The notes below the pieces were generated by a model. The model was given only the letters and a program-made list of their open reading frames with translations, did not search any database and had not been told where the DNA came from. Below are positions 36,955 through 49,107 of a stretch of DNA of 64,000 bases, piece after piece. The DNA lies in contig NC_069002.1 in NCBI RefSeq assembly GCF_001194135.2, forward strand, positions 6,171,162 to 6,235,161. Direction: 5' to 3'. Position numbers and translations under genes: made by a program. This stretch comes from Octopus bimaculoides. Lineage: Eukaryota. Each line of letters begins with the position of its first letter. Within the stretch, counting starts at the first letter, position 1.

Positions 36955-37330
36955 TATACCCTTTGTTAATCTTTCCACCCTCTATTGATACCCCATTACT
37001 TCCACCCCAAATTCACCCGTCTACCCTTTATTACCCCTCTACCTGATATCATCCTTCTACTTTGTATTCATCTCTCTACCTTATGTTAATCTTTCCACCC
37101 TCTATTGATACCCCATTACTTCCACCCCAAATTCACCCATCTACCTTTTATTACCCTTCCACCCAATATCATCCTACTTTGTATTCATCTCTCTACCCTT
37201 TGTTAATCTTTCCACCCTCTATTAATCCCCACTTACTTCCACCCCACATTCATCCATCTACCCATTATTACCCATTTACCCTCTATCATCCTTCTATTCC
37301 GTATTCATCATTTTGCTACCCTATATCAAT
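36955..37330. repeat. Higher-order C-rich minisatellite: 120/117-bp unit x3, built from ~20-nt subunits
   Basis: gttaatctttccaccctctatt starts at 36965, 37085 and 37202. Confidence 0.9.
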
Positions 37331-37767
37331 TTTTCTACCCAGTATCGATTGACTGCCACTTTTCCCTTATATTCATCCTTCCACCCTGCTTTCATCCTTC
37401 CACTCTATATCGATTTACACTCCCACACCCTACCCACACACCCTTCTATTTCCTACAGCTCTATTGTATTCATTTCACCAGGAGAGTAAACACATCTGAA
37501 GCTATAGATTTCAGTGACGTGTGCGTGTACGTTAGTAAATAGCTTAAGACATCATATTACTACTACCACTATTATTATTTTTATTATCATTATTATTACA
37601 ATTATTATTATTACTACTATTATTATTATTATTGTTATTCATTTCTCGGTACAGCAGCTGTTTCACCATTGTCAGATACTTAGATGTCTTGTTGCAACAA
37701 CAAACACTGGCCTAATGACCACCTCCACACCACTCCCTCTACATCCCACTTCACTCGAATGATATTT

Positions 37768-38844
37768 GCAAATGTGTTTGTAATTAACTTTATTTACTGG
37801 ATATGACCATTTCCACCCACCCACCCACATACTCACCCACCATGCCTTTCCTTTTTTTTCTTTTTTACTTCTACTACGTTTTTCAAAATAAAACCAAAGG
37901 ATTTTCGCACTTGTTTTAACTGCGTTCTTCGCTGAAACGCCGAAGCTGGTCAATCGGTCAATCAGTTGTCTGTGTTTACAGCTGTTTGTTACAGTATTCT
38001 TCAAGTGTTGTTTGTTCTTAAACAAACTTTTTTCTTCTCTTAACTTCTCAAATATATGAGAGCCAATTTTTTTCCACAGAGATTTGCTGCAGCATGTCTG
38101 ACGAAGAATGAAGCTACATAGACAAAACAACAACAACAACAACAGCAAGAAGATGTCAACATTCGCAAGTATTGGTGGTTTTAACCCTTAACAAAATGGT
38201 TTAAGCTTATCTGCAAGATTATTCTGTTAACCCCTGAACTGTGAAATTACATTTCATGGTTATTCTAACAATGATGTTAAATATCTACTGAAAAATAGAA
38301 TTGGCATTTTCTGCAAGTCACGTTTCTGCCTCAGTAAACTTGACATATCTCAACAGGAAATAGTTCCAAACATGACATTCCTCAGTAAAAGATAGATTGG
38401 TATATAATCTATCTTTTCTGAAACAAAAGGGTTAAGAGAGAGAGTTACAGATAACTTTCTGAATAAACAGGCCAAATGTTATTCATTTGTTTGATTTACA
38501 TCCATTTATCTTTTTCATGCTAAGCATGGGTTAGATGAATACATAATACTGAAACAAAGTTTTATAACAAGATACCCTTCCTATCACTAACCCTTTACCA
38601 GTTCTTCTGGGAATTAATTTTTTTTTAACCCCTACGCTCGTTTTTGGAAATGCAAACACAGACAACTGATTGACCGATTGACCAAGTATGAGGTCTCAGC
38701 GAACAACGTAGTTAAAACAACTGCAGAAATACTTTGGTTGTTTTGAAAATGTAGTAAAGATAAAAATGAAAATAAAAAAAAGGAACAAGGGTGGGGAATA
38801 GTCACATCCAGTAAATAAAAGCTAATTGGAAACATGTTTTTGGC
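37768..38844. other. Long imperfect inverted repeat (arms 37768-37980 and 38651-38844)
   Basis: 31-bp perfect core 37947-37977 vs 38654-38684; similarity extends ~200 bp. Confidence 0.9.
38181..38435. mobile_element. Possible piggyBac-like MITE inside the inverted-repeat loop
   Basis: ttaaccctt at ~38181 and aagggttaa at ~38427-38435 (TTAA-CCCT..AGGG-TTAA). Related piece at 39397-39650. Confidence 0.4.
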
Positions 38845-41800
38845 AGGGAAGCATCAATAGACACGATGAACTTTAACTAAAATTTCTCATGTGAAGATGA
38901 GCAATAGAGACATTCACACACACACATATACACACAGACACACACACACATATACACACAGACACACACACATATACACACAGACACACACACATTGTTT
39001 CCCAACCACATGGTTTCAAGTTCAGTCCCACTGCATGGCACCTTGGGCAAGTGTCTTCTACTATAGCCTCGGGCCAGCCAAAGCCTTGTGAGTGGATTTG
39101 GAAGACGGAAACTGAGAGAAGCCTGTCATGTGTTTGTGTGTCTCTCTCTTTATGTATGTGTTTGTCCCCACCACTGCTTTACAACTGGTGTTGGTGTGTT
39201 AACATCCCTGAAATTTAGCAGTTCAGCAAAAGAGTCTAATAGTGTAAGTACCACGTTTAGAAAAAAATGAAAAGCATAAGTATTGGAGTCAATTCAATCA
39301 ACTAAAAATTCTTGAAGTGCTCCAGCATGACCACAGTCAAATGAAACTAGTAAAAGATAAAAGACACACACACACACACACATTCAGTATGAACCTTTAA
39401 CCTTTTCTTGATCATATTTCTAATGAAGTACATTGCCACAGAATTTTAATTAATTTTGAAAATAATCAAGAATATGCCTTGATTTAATAAAATAACTTTG
39501 TCGTTACTAAGTCAGTGTTTGGAACACAAATTAACAAAAAGAAAAAGAAAATGAAAGAAAGTCTTACATACAACTATGATGGAAGATTTTAATTTAAATT
39601 CAAATAGTTTAAAATGGTATGTTTTATATCAGAGAATCAGAAGTATTCTTTTATTGATTGTAGCAATATCAATAGATTTAATGACGCAATCTTTGACCAT
39701 GTGAACTATTTTATATGAGAAAAATTGGAACATCTTCATCTTCAAGTTATTTTCTTGATAACAAAAGATGTCCATTGGCTGTTTGTGGTAATATTCAGCT
39801 TCCTTGCAGAGGAAGTTCCAGAAGTTCAAAATGTGGGCAATAAATTGGGAGAAAGTTGTGTAATATTCGTTCTGAAAACTGGCCGAATTGTTAGCATGCC
39901 AGGGAAAATGCTTACCAGTGTTTTGTCTGTTTTCGTGTTCTGAGTTCAAATTCTGCTGAGGTCAACTTTGCTTTTCATCCCTTCAGGATTGATAAAATAA
40001 GTACCAGTTGAGTGCTAGGGGTCGATGTAATCAACTTAACCGCTACTCCAAAGTTACTGGCCTTGTGCCAAAATTTGAAGTCATTGTTTGTTCTGACACT
40101 CTGTACTCTTGAATTCAAATCTCATTGAGCCCAACTCTACATTTTATCCTTTCAGGGTTGGTGAAAGAGCTCTAATATAAGACATTGGGTTGGCAGACCT
40201 ATAATAACAGACTAGATGCCTTGCCATATTGTCATATTAACTCTCAGTTAAGCTCTAAAAATTTGACTTCAATGCTGGAAAAAAAAATGGTAAATTTTCC
40301 TCATCAGGTTTCAGTTTAAGCTAGGACTACGGCAGAATTGAACCCCAAGCCACATAACTGCTAATGAAATTCCCTTCACAGCATTACTATGCCTGCATCC
40401 ATTCCTCGTGGACTGTCACTTTATTCATTTGTTTTTTTAGGTTTGCTAGTTTTCTGTGGGGTTTTTTTGTTTCATTTTATTTGTTAATGGGTTTTCTTTT
40501 TGTTTCATTTATTTGTGTTTTTGAGTTTTTATTTTTTTTTTTAATTCCTAATGTAAATTAATGCTTATCTGTTGTTTACTTGTCACGATTGATCATCAGA
40601 ACATTCAGGACCCTTGATTCCAGTAATTGGTTCATCAATTTTCAGTAAGTTGTTTATATCTTGTTGAATTAGCATCAAGATAGTATTGATTTTTGATAGA
40701 ATACATTGTTTATGAGTACTAAAGACACCGACATTGGAACAAGGAAGCTAGCAGTACAAAAACAAGTAAATAAATAAATAAATAAATAAATAACTAAATG
40801 AATGAATGAATAAATAGATAAACATAGATCTTTGTTTTGGAACACAACAAACCAGATTTCTTTTATCAAAAAATACCAAAAATCAAAACATCAGGCATCA
40901 ACTGTAACGTTGGCATTGCTTTGTCTTGGATTGTGGTCGTAAGAAATCAGATCAAAGTCTCTCATGATGCCACGTTAGCATCTTTGGTAATTTGGTATAA
41001 AAATTTAAAAAACAGAAAATTTCTTTGTTCCTCCCGCCCATATCTGATAACCAACCACGATAATGCTATCGTTGCAGCAAACGCAACATCAGCACAATTA
41101 CAAGCCAGAGAGAGAGGGAGAGAAACAGACAGACAGAGCTTCTACATGGTCAATTAATCTACTAAAAATAGCAGCCAACCATCTTTTGAATTGCACTGAA
41201 TCATGTAAAAAGAGAAAAAAAAAGAAAAAAAAGAAGAATAGCAGATATATGAGAGGGACTCTTGTTAGAGGCTTCTTTGTCTTACTTGATTAGGGTCAGC
41301 AACAGTTGTTCAGTGTTGAAATAGTTTGTACCCCTGAAGGAAAGGACCTCACCTTTGAGATGTAGTTTAGCTATTTTATACATACAGACAGCGCTTGAGA
41401 TTTACCTGTTTGGGGGAGTTTGTCAGGAAATGTTTAATCCAAGTAATCAAACAGGTTGTGGTTGATGTTGCTGTTATTGTTTAACCCCAGGCTAGCTCTA
41501 AATGAGCAGAACAATGATCAAAAGTATTCTAAGACTGATCATCCTGCATTTATTTCAAGCAGTGAATATAGAATTATGTTATCTAATGTGTCCGTTCCCT
41601 TTTCTTCTAAGAAATGATTGGAGGGAGATTTGGCTGCTATTTCTAGCAGGTTGACTCACCACATGGATGCTTCCTCATTGGATCGCTGTGAGATATATGG
41701 AACTAAAATGCAGACAACTTCTACAAGAAGATCTCATGCCAGATATATTACAGGTCTTGGTGATGTCAAAGGATTTGAACTCAGAACATAAAGAGCCAAA

Positions 41801-43274
41801 GCTAAAAACTATAATACCTTTTGTTTAATGCTGTAATGACTCAGCCGATCCATCAACTTGATAATAATGAATAATGAATCCAGATTAATTAAGATTAATA
41901 TTTATTTATAAAATAGTCACAAAGCCACAAATATTTGAGAGGGTTTAGTAAAAAACAGCCCTTTAGCATTCAGATGTCAAATTCAATGTTAAGTAATTCT
42001 CATTGTTTTGAATTAATCATGCATTGTCTCATAGCTGTGAGATTTCAACGATGTGATTGTTTAGTTTTAGAATGACATTGTAGGGTAGGTACAATAGGTC
42101 AGGTCTGGCTGTTTCAAACACAAAACAGGTAGAATATTTTGGTAGAATATGGTCAGTTTAAATACAAAATTATAAAATCAACCACTAACCCTGAGGGAAT
42201 TTGAACTCAGGATGTAAAAAGCTGCAACTAAATACCAAAAGTCATTCTGTCCAAGGTTTCAGCAATTCTACCAATCCACTGCTTCAAATAAGACAACAGA
42301 AAATCGAAGTGGGGAAGGATTCCATGCCAACAGTGGTCAAACACAGGTCAGTTGGTCTAAGTAGTGGGTGAAAGCTACTGAAAAGAGGCGCCAGATAAGT
42401 TGTTGATTGAACTAACTAGGCTTAATATTAACAGGATAACAACTTACAATATACCGATACATACTAATATGTTCTCATTTATTTTCTGTGAGAAACAACA
42501 AATGTTCTTTATTGATTAAAGAAATAATGCCTTGGAGATATTCCCTCCTCTGCTACACAACTTTCTGGATACAAATTATTGGGTTTCTGGTTACAAAAAT
42601 CAATTCACAATTTCCAGCAAAAATTGAAACCTGGAAGAAAGCATTTGAATTTGAAAGCAACGCGTAAACAAAAAACCAAAATTGAAGATTCAGAAATTAG
42701 CTAAACAGTTAAGTGTCTCGTAAATAAACAGCAAACGAGGCACTTGAATTGATGTGTTGAAGATAAGTAGGGATAAATTCAATGCTAAAAACCAACATGA
42801 GGTGAAAACACAAAAAGAAAACCTCAAAAAAAAAAAAAAACTCAATTACGAAGGGCTTGTATGTATTACACAAAACAAAAACAAACAGCATTAAGATAGA
42901 AATAATGCTAATATAAATTTTGGCAGGCTTCACCAAATGCCCAATGCTGAGTAAATGTATAACCTCATCCGCTTGATTAGATGTATATCATGTTGCACAA
43001 TAGCCAGAAGACTGGCTTGTTTGTTTCTATTTGTATTTCTGTTTGATTTATATATATATATATATATATATATNNNNNNNNNNNATCTTGTTTTGTTTTG
43101 TTTTGGTTGGCTAAGAAAAATTAAAATTTATGATCGTATATCCGGTGCTGAGAGATATATAGGGAGATTATATGCCTATAAAGGTTCATTGGTTCCAAAT
43201 TGCAAGTGTAATTTCAATTGTGCATAAATCTTCATATTTTCAGAAAAATATAAATATGTATATATATATGCAAG

Positions 43275-43321
<47 letters not shown>

Positions 43322-46300
43322 CAGTGAAAGCATATGGCTCAGTGGTTAGGGAACTCAGCTACAGTTGTAAAGTCCTGAGTTCGATTCCTGGCGGCGCACT
43401 GCATCCTTGAGCAAGACACTTTATTTCGTGTTGCTCCAGTCCACTCAAGTGACAAATAATGAGTTGTACCTATTTTGTGTCATGCTGAGTCTTTCTCTCT
43501 AACTACATGAAAGGTATGCATGGCTGTGGAGTACTCAGCCACTTGCATGTTAATTTCATGAGCAGGCTGTTCCTTTTAATCAGATCATGTAGAATGCACA
43601 TTGTAACTGACAAAGTGCCATTTGTGTGTGTGTATGTGTGTGTGGAACCAGCACTTTTATGTGGCACATTGTAGAGGACAGGTTTTCTGTGTGGCGCATT
43701 GCTATACTCAAGAAGACCCGTTGCCTACAATGTGTCACATAAAAAAAGTACTAGTGCCTCGTAAAAAGCATTGGTGCTGGTCCCACATAAAGCATTGGTG
43801 TTGGACCCACATAAAGCATTGGTGCTGGTCCCACCCAGTACACTCCGAAAAGTGGCTAGTGCAGGAAGAGTATCCAGTTGTAGAAACCAAGCTGAGACAG
43901 ACTGTGGAACCCTGCAGCTTGTTGGATCCTGTCAAATCACCTAACCCATGCCAGCAGGGAAAACAGACGTTAAATGATGATGGTGGTGGTGGTGGTGGTG
44001 GTGGTGGTGGTGATGATGAGGAGGAGGAGGGGAGGGGGAGGAAGTGGAGAAGGAAGATTACTTTCTTTACAGCACACACTCAGAATAGAAACAAAAATGC
44101 AAATAAATGCATAGACAAGATTATAAGAGTGTTATGTACTGAGCATAACATAGGATAAACTTGACTAAAAATTATATTTGAAGTTTATTTTTACTTTACA
44201 AAAGGACATTTTACATTACTGTCATTAAAATCGTAGCAACGTTGGTCACATCGCAATTTAGATTAAACTGGAGCTCAGTCGCAAATAACTAAAGGTTGAA
44301 AATTCCATTTCGCACAACCACTTTTAGAGAAAGCAAACAGGTTTTTTTTATTTATCCCTGTGATCTAGTTTCTATATTTGGGTTTTGACAGAGCAGAAAC
44401 CAGTTAATAAATTTGCATTTTTTTTTTTTTTTCTGTTAGTAAAATTCACCTGCCCTTTGCACAGAGACAAACAAATATATAAGACAGATAGAGAAGCTCT
44501 TTATATGCAATGGAAATAGTTTGCAAAACTTCACTAATGCCAGCCATCAGGCTATCTGTAGCTCTACTCTTGTAAGTATGTCACACATATCAAGCTCTTC
44601 CAGTAAGCTGTCTAAGTATAACATGGAGTTCAGCTTAAGCTGTCCTGTCTTGCTAGCTGCATCCAGACAGCAAATGCACCGAAAGATTTGGCTTCTTTCA
44701 GTCCATCGGAAATTTCATGGCACCGTTAATGTATCAATTTCTTTGCAGTGTTTCTATTGGTCAATCTGTTATAGTAACACTTTCAGCACCTCGTCCTCGT
44801 TCAGTCTTTTGTTTCTAAGAAGAAAGCAGACGTTTCCATTCTTATGTATTTTATACCCCACTCTAAATGGTACCCTGATATTTTTACTTTGAATGAGATA
44901 GCATAACAATTAACCACTGCTTCAAACTCCATGTAAATCCGTACATATCCAACTTCCGATCAAGTATTGAAATGTAATTTCTCCTTGGATTTTCATTTGG
45001 TGCTATATACAATTGAATAACTTCCAGAGTATATATCCAAGATCAGAATAAAACAAATGATTGATTAAGCATTTGATTATAACAACAAAAATTATGTAAT
45101 CTTTACAAGTGTTTCTCTAGTATATACTAGTATTATTGTGCATGTGGTTATTGTGACATAGACAATTGCATAATCACCTCAGAATGCCAGATCATCAGAA
45201 GAACAATATAATTTAGTCCACTGTTAGTTACCAACTTTAGTTGATAGGCAGAGCCAATATATATAAAACCATTAAGGAAAGGAATTTGGATATTTTTATT
45301 TTATCAATGAGATAAAGAAAGAGGGAAAGAGAGAGATTGATTTTAAGTGCAGTCAGGATGTCTGAGGAAGAAAAGAAATTCAATACCTAAACTATCTTAG
45401 ATCAAGGAAAGTTTCAAGTTAATGATGATAAATAGGTGAGAATTTAGAAGCAGAAAAAGGGTTGGACAGTACATGCTTGTTCACTTTTGTGAACACATGC
45501 ACTCAAACACATGAATATATATGTACATACACATGGAAGTTAATATAAGTTTAAGGACTCACATGTGTACACACACAGTTTATTTCCATTGCTTCAATAA
45601 GACTAAACATATGTGCCATCAGCCAACTGAGGGAGGGAGAGAGAGATAGAAAGAAACTTAAAAGACAACATCTCTCTCTCTCTCTCTCTCTCCACTGAAC
45701 CTTACTGAAATGATTGAAATGAACTATGTAAGAGGGTATATGTATGAGCAAATACTTGAAATTACATTACTTTACATATATATATATATATATGTGTATG
45801 TGTGTGCATGTATAGACAGAGAGACAGACAGATTAATGAATGGATGGATAGATTAATGAGTGAATGAATGAACAGATGGATGGATGAATGAACGGATGGA
45901 TGATTGAATGAATGAATGGATGGGTGGATAGATAGATAGATAGATAGATAAATAGATAGACACGTATGTATATGTGTGTGTGGTGTGCATGTATTGTAAG
46001 ACCCTTTTTCTGCCAGTAAATTCTTAGTTATTTATCATCATTAACTTGATATTTTCTTTCATCTAAAATAGGTTAAGCATTGAATTTCTTCTCTTCTCAG
46101 ACAGTTTGACTGCACTTATAGCCAATCTCTCTCTCCCTCTTTCTTCATCACAGCAATAAAATAGAACAAATATGTAACTCCTTTCCTTAATGGCTATGTA
46201 TATAGAATGATCTATCAACCAAGTAACATCGGTGATCAATAAAAAATTAAATTACGTTTTTCTTCTGATAATCTGGCATTCTAAGGTGATTATGCAACCA

Positions 46301-46363
46301 TCTAAGTAACAGTTATCACATAGTATACAAGAACATGCTAGTGAAACACATGTAAAGATTATG

Positions 46364-46526
46364 TAATTTATGATATTATAATCCTTCTATTATAGGTACA
46401 AGGCCTGAAATTTGCTGTGAGGGGGTAAGTTGATTACATCACCTCCAATGTATAACTGGTACTTATTTAATCGACCCCAAAAGGATGAAAGGCAAAGACC
46501 TCAGTGGAATAATTTATGATATTATA
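46364..46526 (-). mobile_element. 5'-truncated SINE E with perfect 17-bp target-site duplication
   Basis: TAATTTATGATATTATA at 46364-46380 and 46510-46526. Confidence 0.9.
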
Positions 46527-46677
46527 GTAAAAAGCTTGAATAAATCACATTTTTATTTTGCACTTGTGCATGCACACACACACACACACACACACATATA
46601 AAGGCGCAAGCATGGCTGTGTGGTAAGAAGTTTGCTTCCCAACCACATGGTTCTAGGTTCAGTCCCAAAATCACAAC

Positions 46678-47068
46678 CTACATCATCATCGTTTAATCTT
46701 CACTTTCCATGCTGGCATGGGTTAGATGGCTTAACATGGAACTGGCTAGCTGGTAGCTGTCCAGACTCTAACTATCTGTTGTGGCATGGTTTCTACGGAT
46801 GGTCACCCTTCCTAACGCCAACCACTTAACAGAGTTATGCTGGGTGTCTTTTACATATCACTGGCACGTAAAAGCGGGTGACACGTAAAAGCACCCACTA
46901 CACTCTCTGAGTGGTTGGCGTTAGGAAGGGCATCCAGCTGTAGAAACTCTGCCAAATTAGATTGGAGCCTGATGTAGCCATCCGGTTGCACCAGTCCTCA
47001 GTCAAATCGTCCAACCCATGCTAGCATGGAAATCGGACGTTAAATGATGATGATGATGATGATGGCAC
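46678..47068. mobile_element. Two family-F copies in inverted orientation, the second nested in the first
   Basis: Minus copy 46678-46867, plus copy ~46868-47062; TGGCAC at 46862-46867 and 47063-47068. Confidence 0.8.
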
Positions 47069-48632
47069 AGGTGTGTTTATGCAGCACTGGCACAGGTAAT
47101 TTTTTTGTCCTGAAAGGACAAACCTGTATGTGTGAAAGACAGCAATTTTACTCAGCTTGACACACCTTATCAAGTACAGCAAATTGCCACATCTTCTGGT
47201 CCCTCAATATTTTGTCGTTTGTAGTAATGACAGTATTTGCCTTTTTGTGTATGAAAAGAATAAAAGTTTTGTCAAAAACTGCCACCTTCACCAGTGTTCT
47301 TCCTTGTGCAAGGGGGTTTTATGTATGGAAATAAATCACACTCTAAAAGAAAAATTCTAAATATCCAACTAATTGAATGGTTCCAAATCTTAGCACAACT
47401 GACTTCATCTGGACTCATAAACAAACTGTGTTAAGACTATCATACACACACACATGTATGTATGCATGTATATATGTATGTATATATGTATGTGTGTATG
47501 TGATTGTGCATGAATGCTGATATCTCATTTGTCATCATTTGAATGAAACAGTGGGGATGTTGACATTATGATTAGATTCCCTGCACTTTCAAAAATCTGT
47601 AGGATGTGAAAAGTACCTTAATTAAAGAAACCAGCTCAGGACTGGTGACGAGAGGAGAGTTCACTTGTAGAATCCTGCCTCAGTTTCAATTCCCAACCAT
47701 TGAATGAACAGCCACTTCTTACTTAATGACCATCTTGCTAAACAGCCATTCATACCATGGCTATTATCATACAGCTGCCAACATCATTCACATACACGAC
47801 CATATTTGTCCAGTTGCCAACAAAGATTTCTTTGCAAAATAAAACAAATTCACCGTTACCAAGATAGCGTTTTCATGAGACTTTTATGTATTTCTTTATT
47901 CAGAGAAACTGTTTAATATAAAACTGATACTTGGTAACTTTACATATTCTTGTGAAACTCATTTGCTAGTCACCTGATATTGTGGCAGCATCTATAGATA
48001 TTTTATGACCAGATGTTTGGAATGGAATATGGTTATTAAATGAGAAGTTCATTTATGGAACCTGGTTGCTAAATCAAGAATGGTTATGCAAAAGCATTCA
48101 GAAAGAAACATAAGCACACTTGTGTACACACACATACACACACAGAGTTTCATTCACAAAGCATTGGTCAACTTAAAATTATAGACGCCTACCCAAGGAG
48201 CTGCACAGTGAAATTGAACCTGAAACCATGACATAGCAATTCAGCAAAAGTACTAGGCTTACAAAGAATAAGTCCTGGGGGGGTCGAATCATTCGACTGA
48301 AGGTGGTGCTCCAGCATGGCCACAGCCAAATGACTGAAGCGAATAAAAGAATATATATATGATGATGATGATAATTATGATGGTGGTGATAATTATGATG
48401 ATGATTACGTTAACATTTTCAGAATTCAACTTTCTGCAATAATCATATTACATCACTCCCGATATATCAGAAGACGAGGTGTTCATAAGTGTAAGCTTTG
48501 TTCCATGATTAGCTCATCAGCATGCGGATCTGAATGTTTCCTTCAATTCAATATCCATTCTTTTAGAAATATGCAACTGGAATCTTTCTTCAATTCACAG
48601 GCAGAGTCTTTGAGTTTCACTGCAATTTTTCA

Positions 48633-48677
<45 letters not shown>

Positions 48678-48793
48678 ATGCACCACACTTAATCAAAAAC
48701 AAAGCACTCACACGCACACACACACATACATACATATATATATATGTATATATATATATAGAGAGATAGATAGATATACATACATGCATGCAT

Positions 48794-48850
<57 letters not shown>

Positions 48851-49053
48851 NNNNNNNNNNNNNNNNNNNNNNNNNNNNNNNNNNNNNNNNNNNNNNNNNN
48901 NNNNNNNNNNNNNNNNNNNNNNNNNNNNNNNNNGAGATAGATAGATATACATACATGCATGCATACACACACACACACATATATATATATAGATAGATAG
49001 ATAGATATACATACATACATGCATACATACATACATATATAGATAGATATACA

Positions 49054-49107
<54 letters not shown>

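Noticed and set aside
37062-37352. Pro/Tyr/His-rich repeat ORF as a structural protein
   Set aside because: Arises from the minisatellite; in-frame TGA at 37044-37046 in the first unit; no signal peptide or splice support.
37672-38148. Protein-coding constraint on the inverted-repeat arms (both read CKHRQLIDRLT..ILW)
   Set aside because: Over 29 aligned codons I count 4 synonymous and 7 non-synonymous changed codons, followed by an indel and stop in arm 2; similarity is explained at DNA level.
38317-38360. CUGUUGA..GAAAC on the minus strand as another hammerhead
   Set aside because: Followed by GUG (not NUH), no stem I, stem II out of register.
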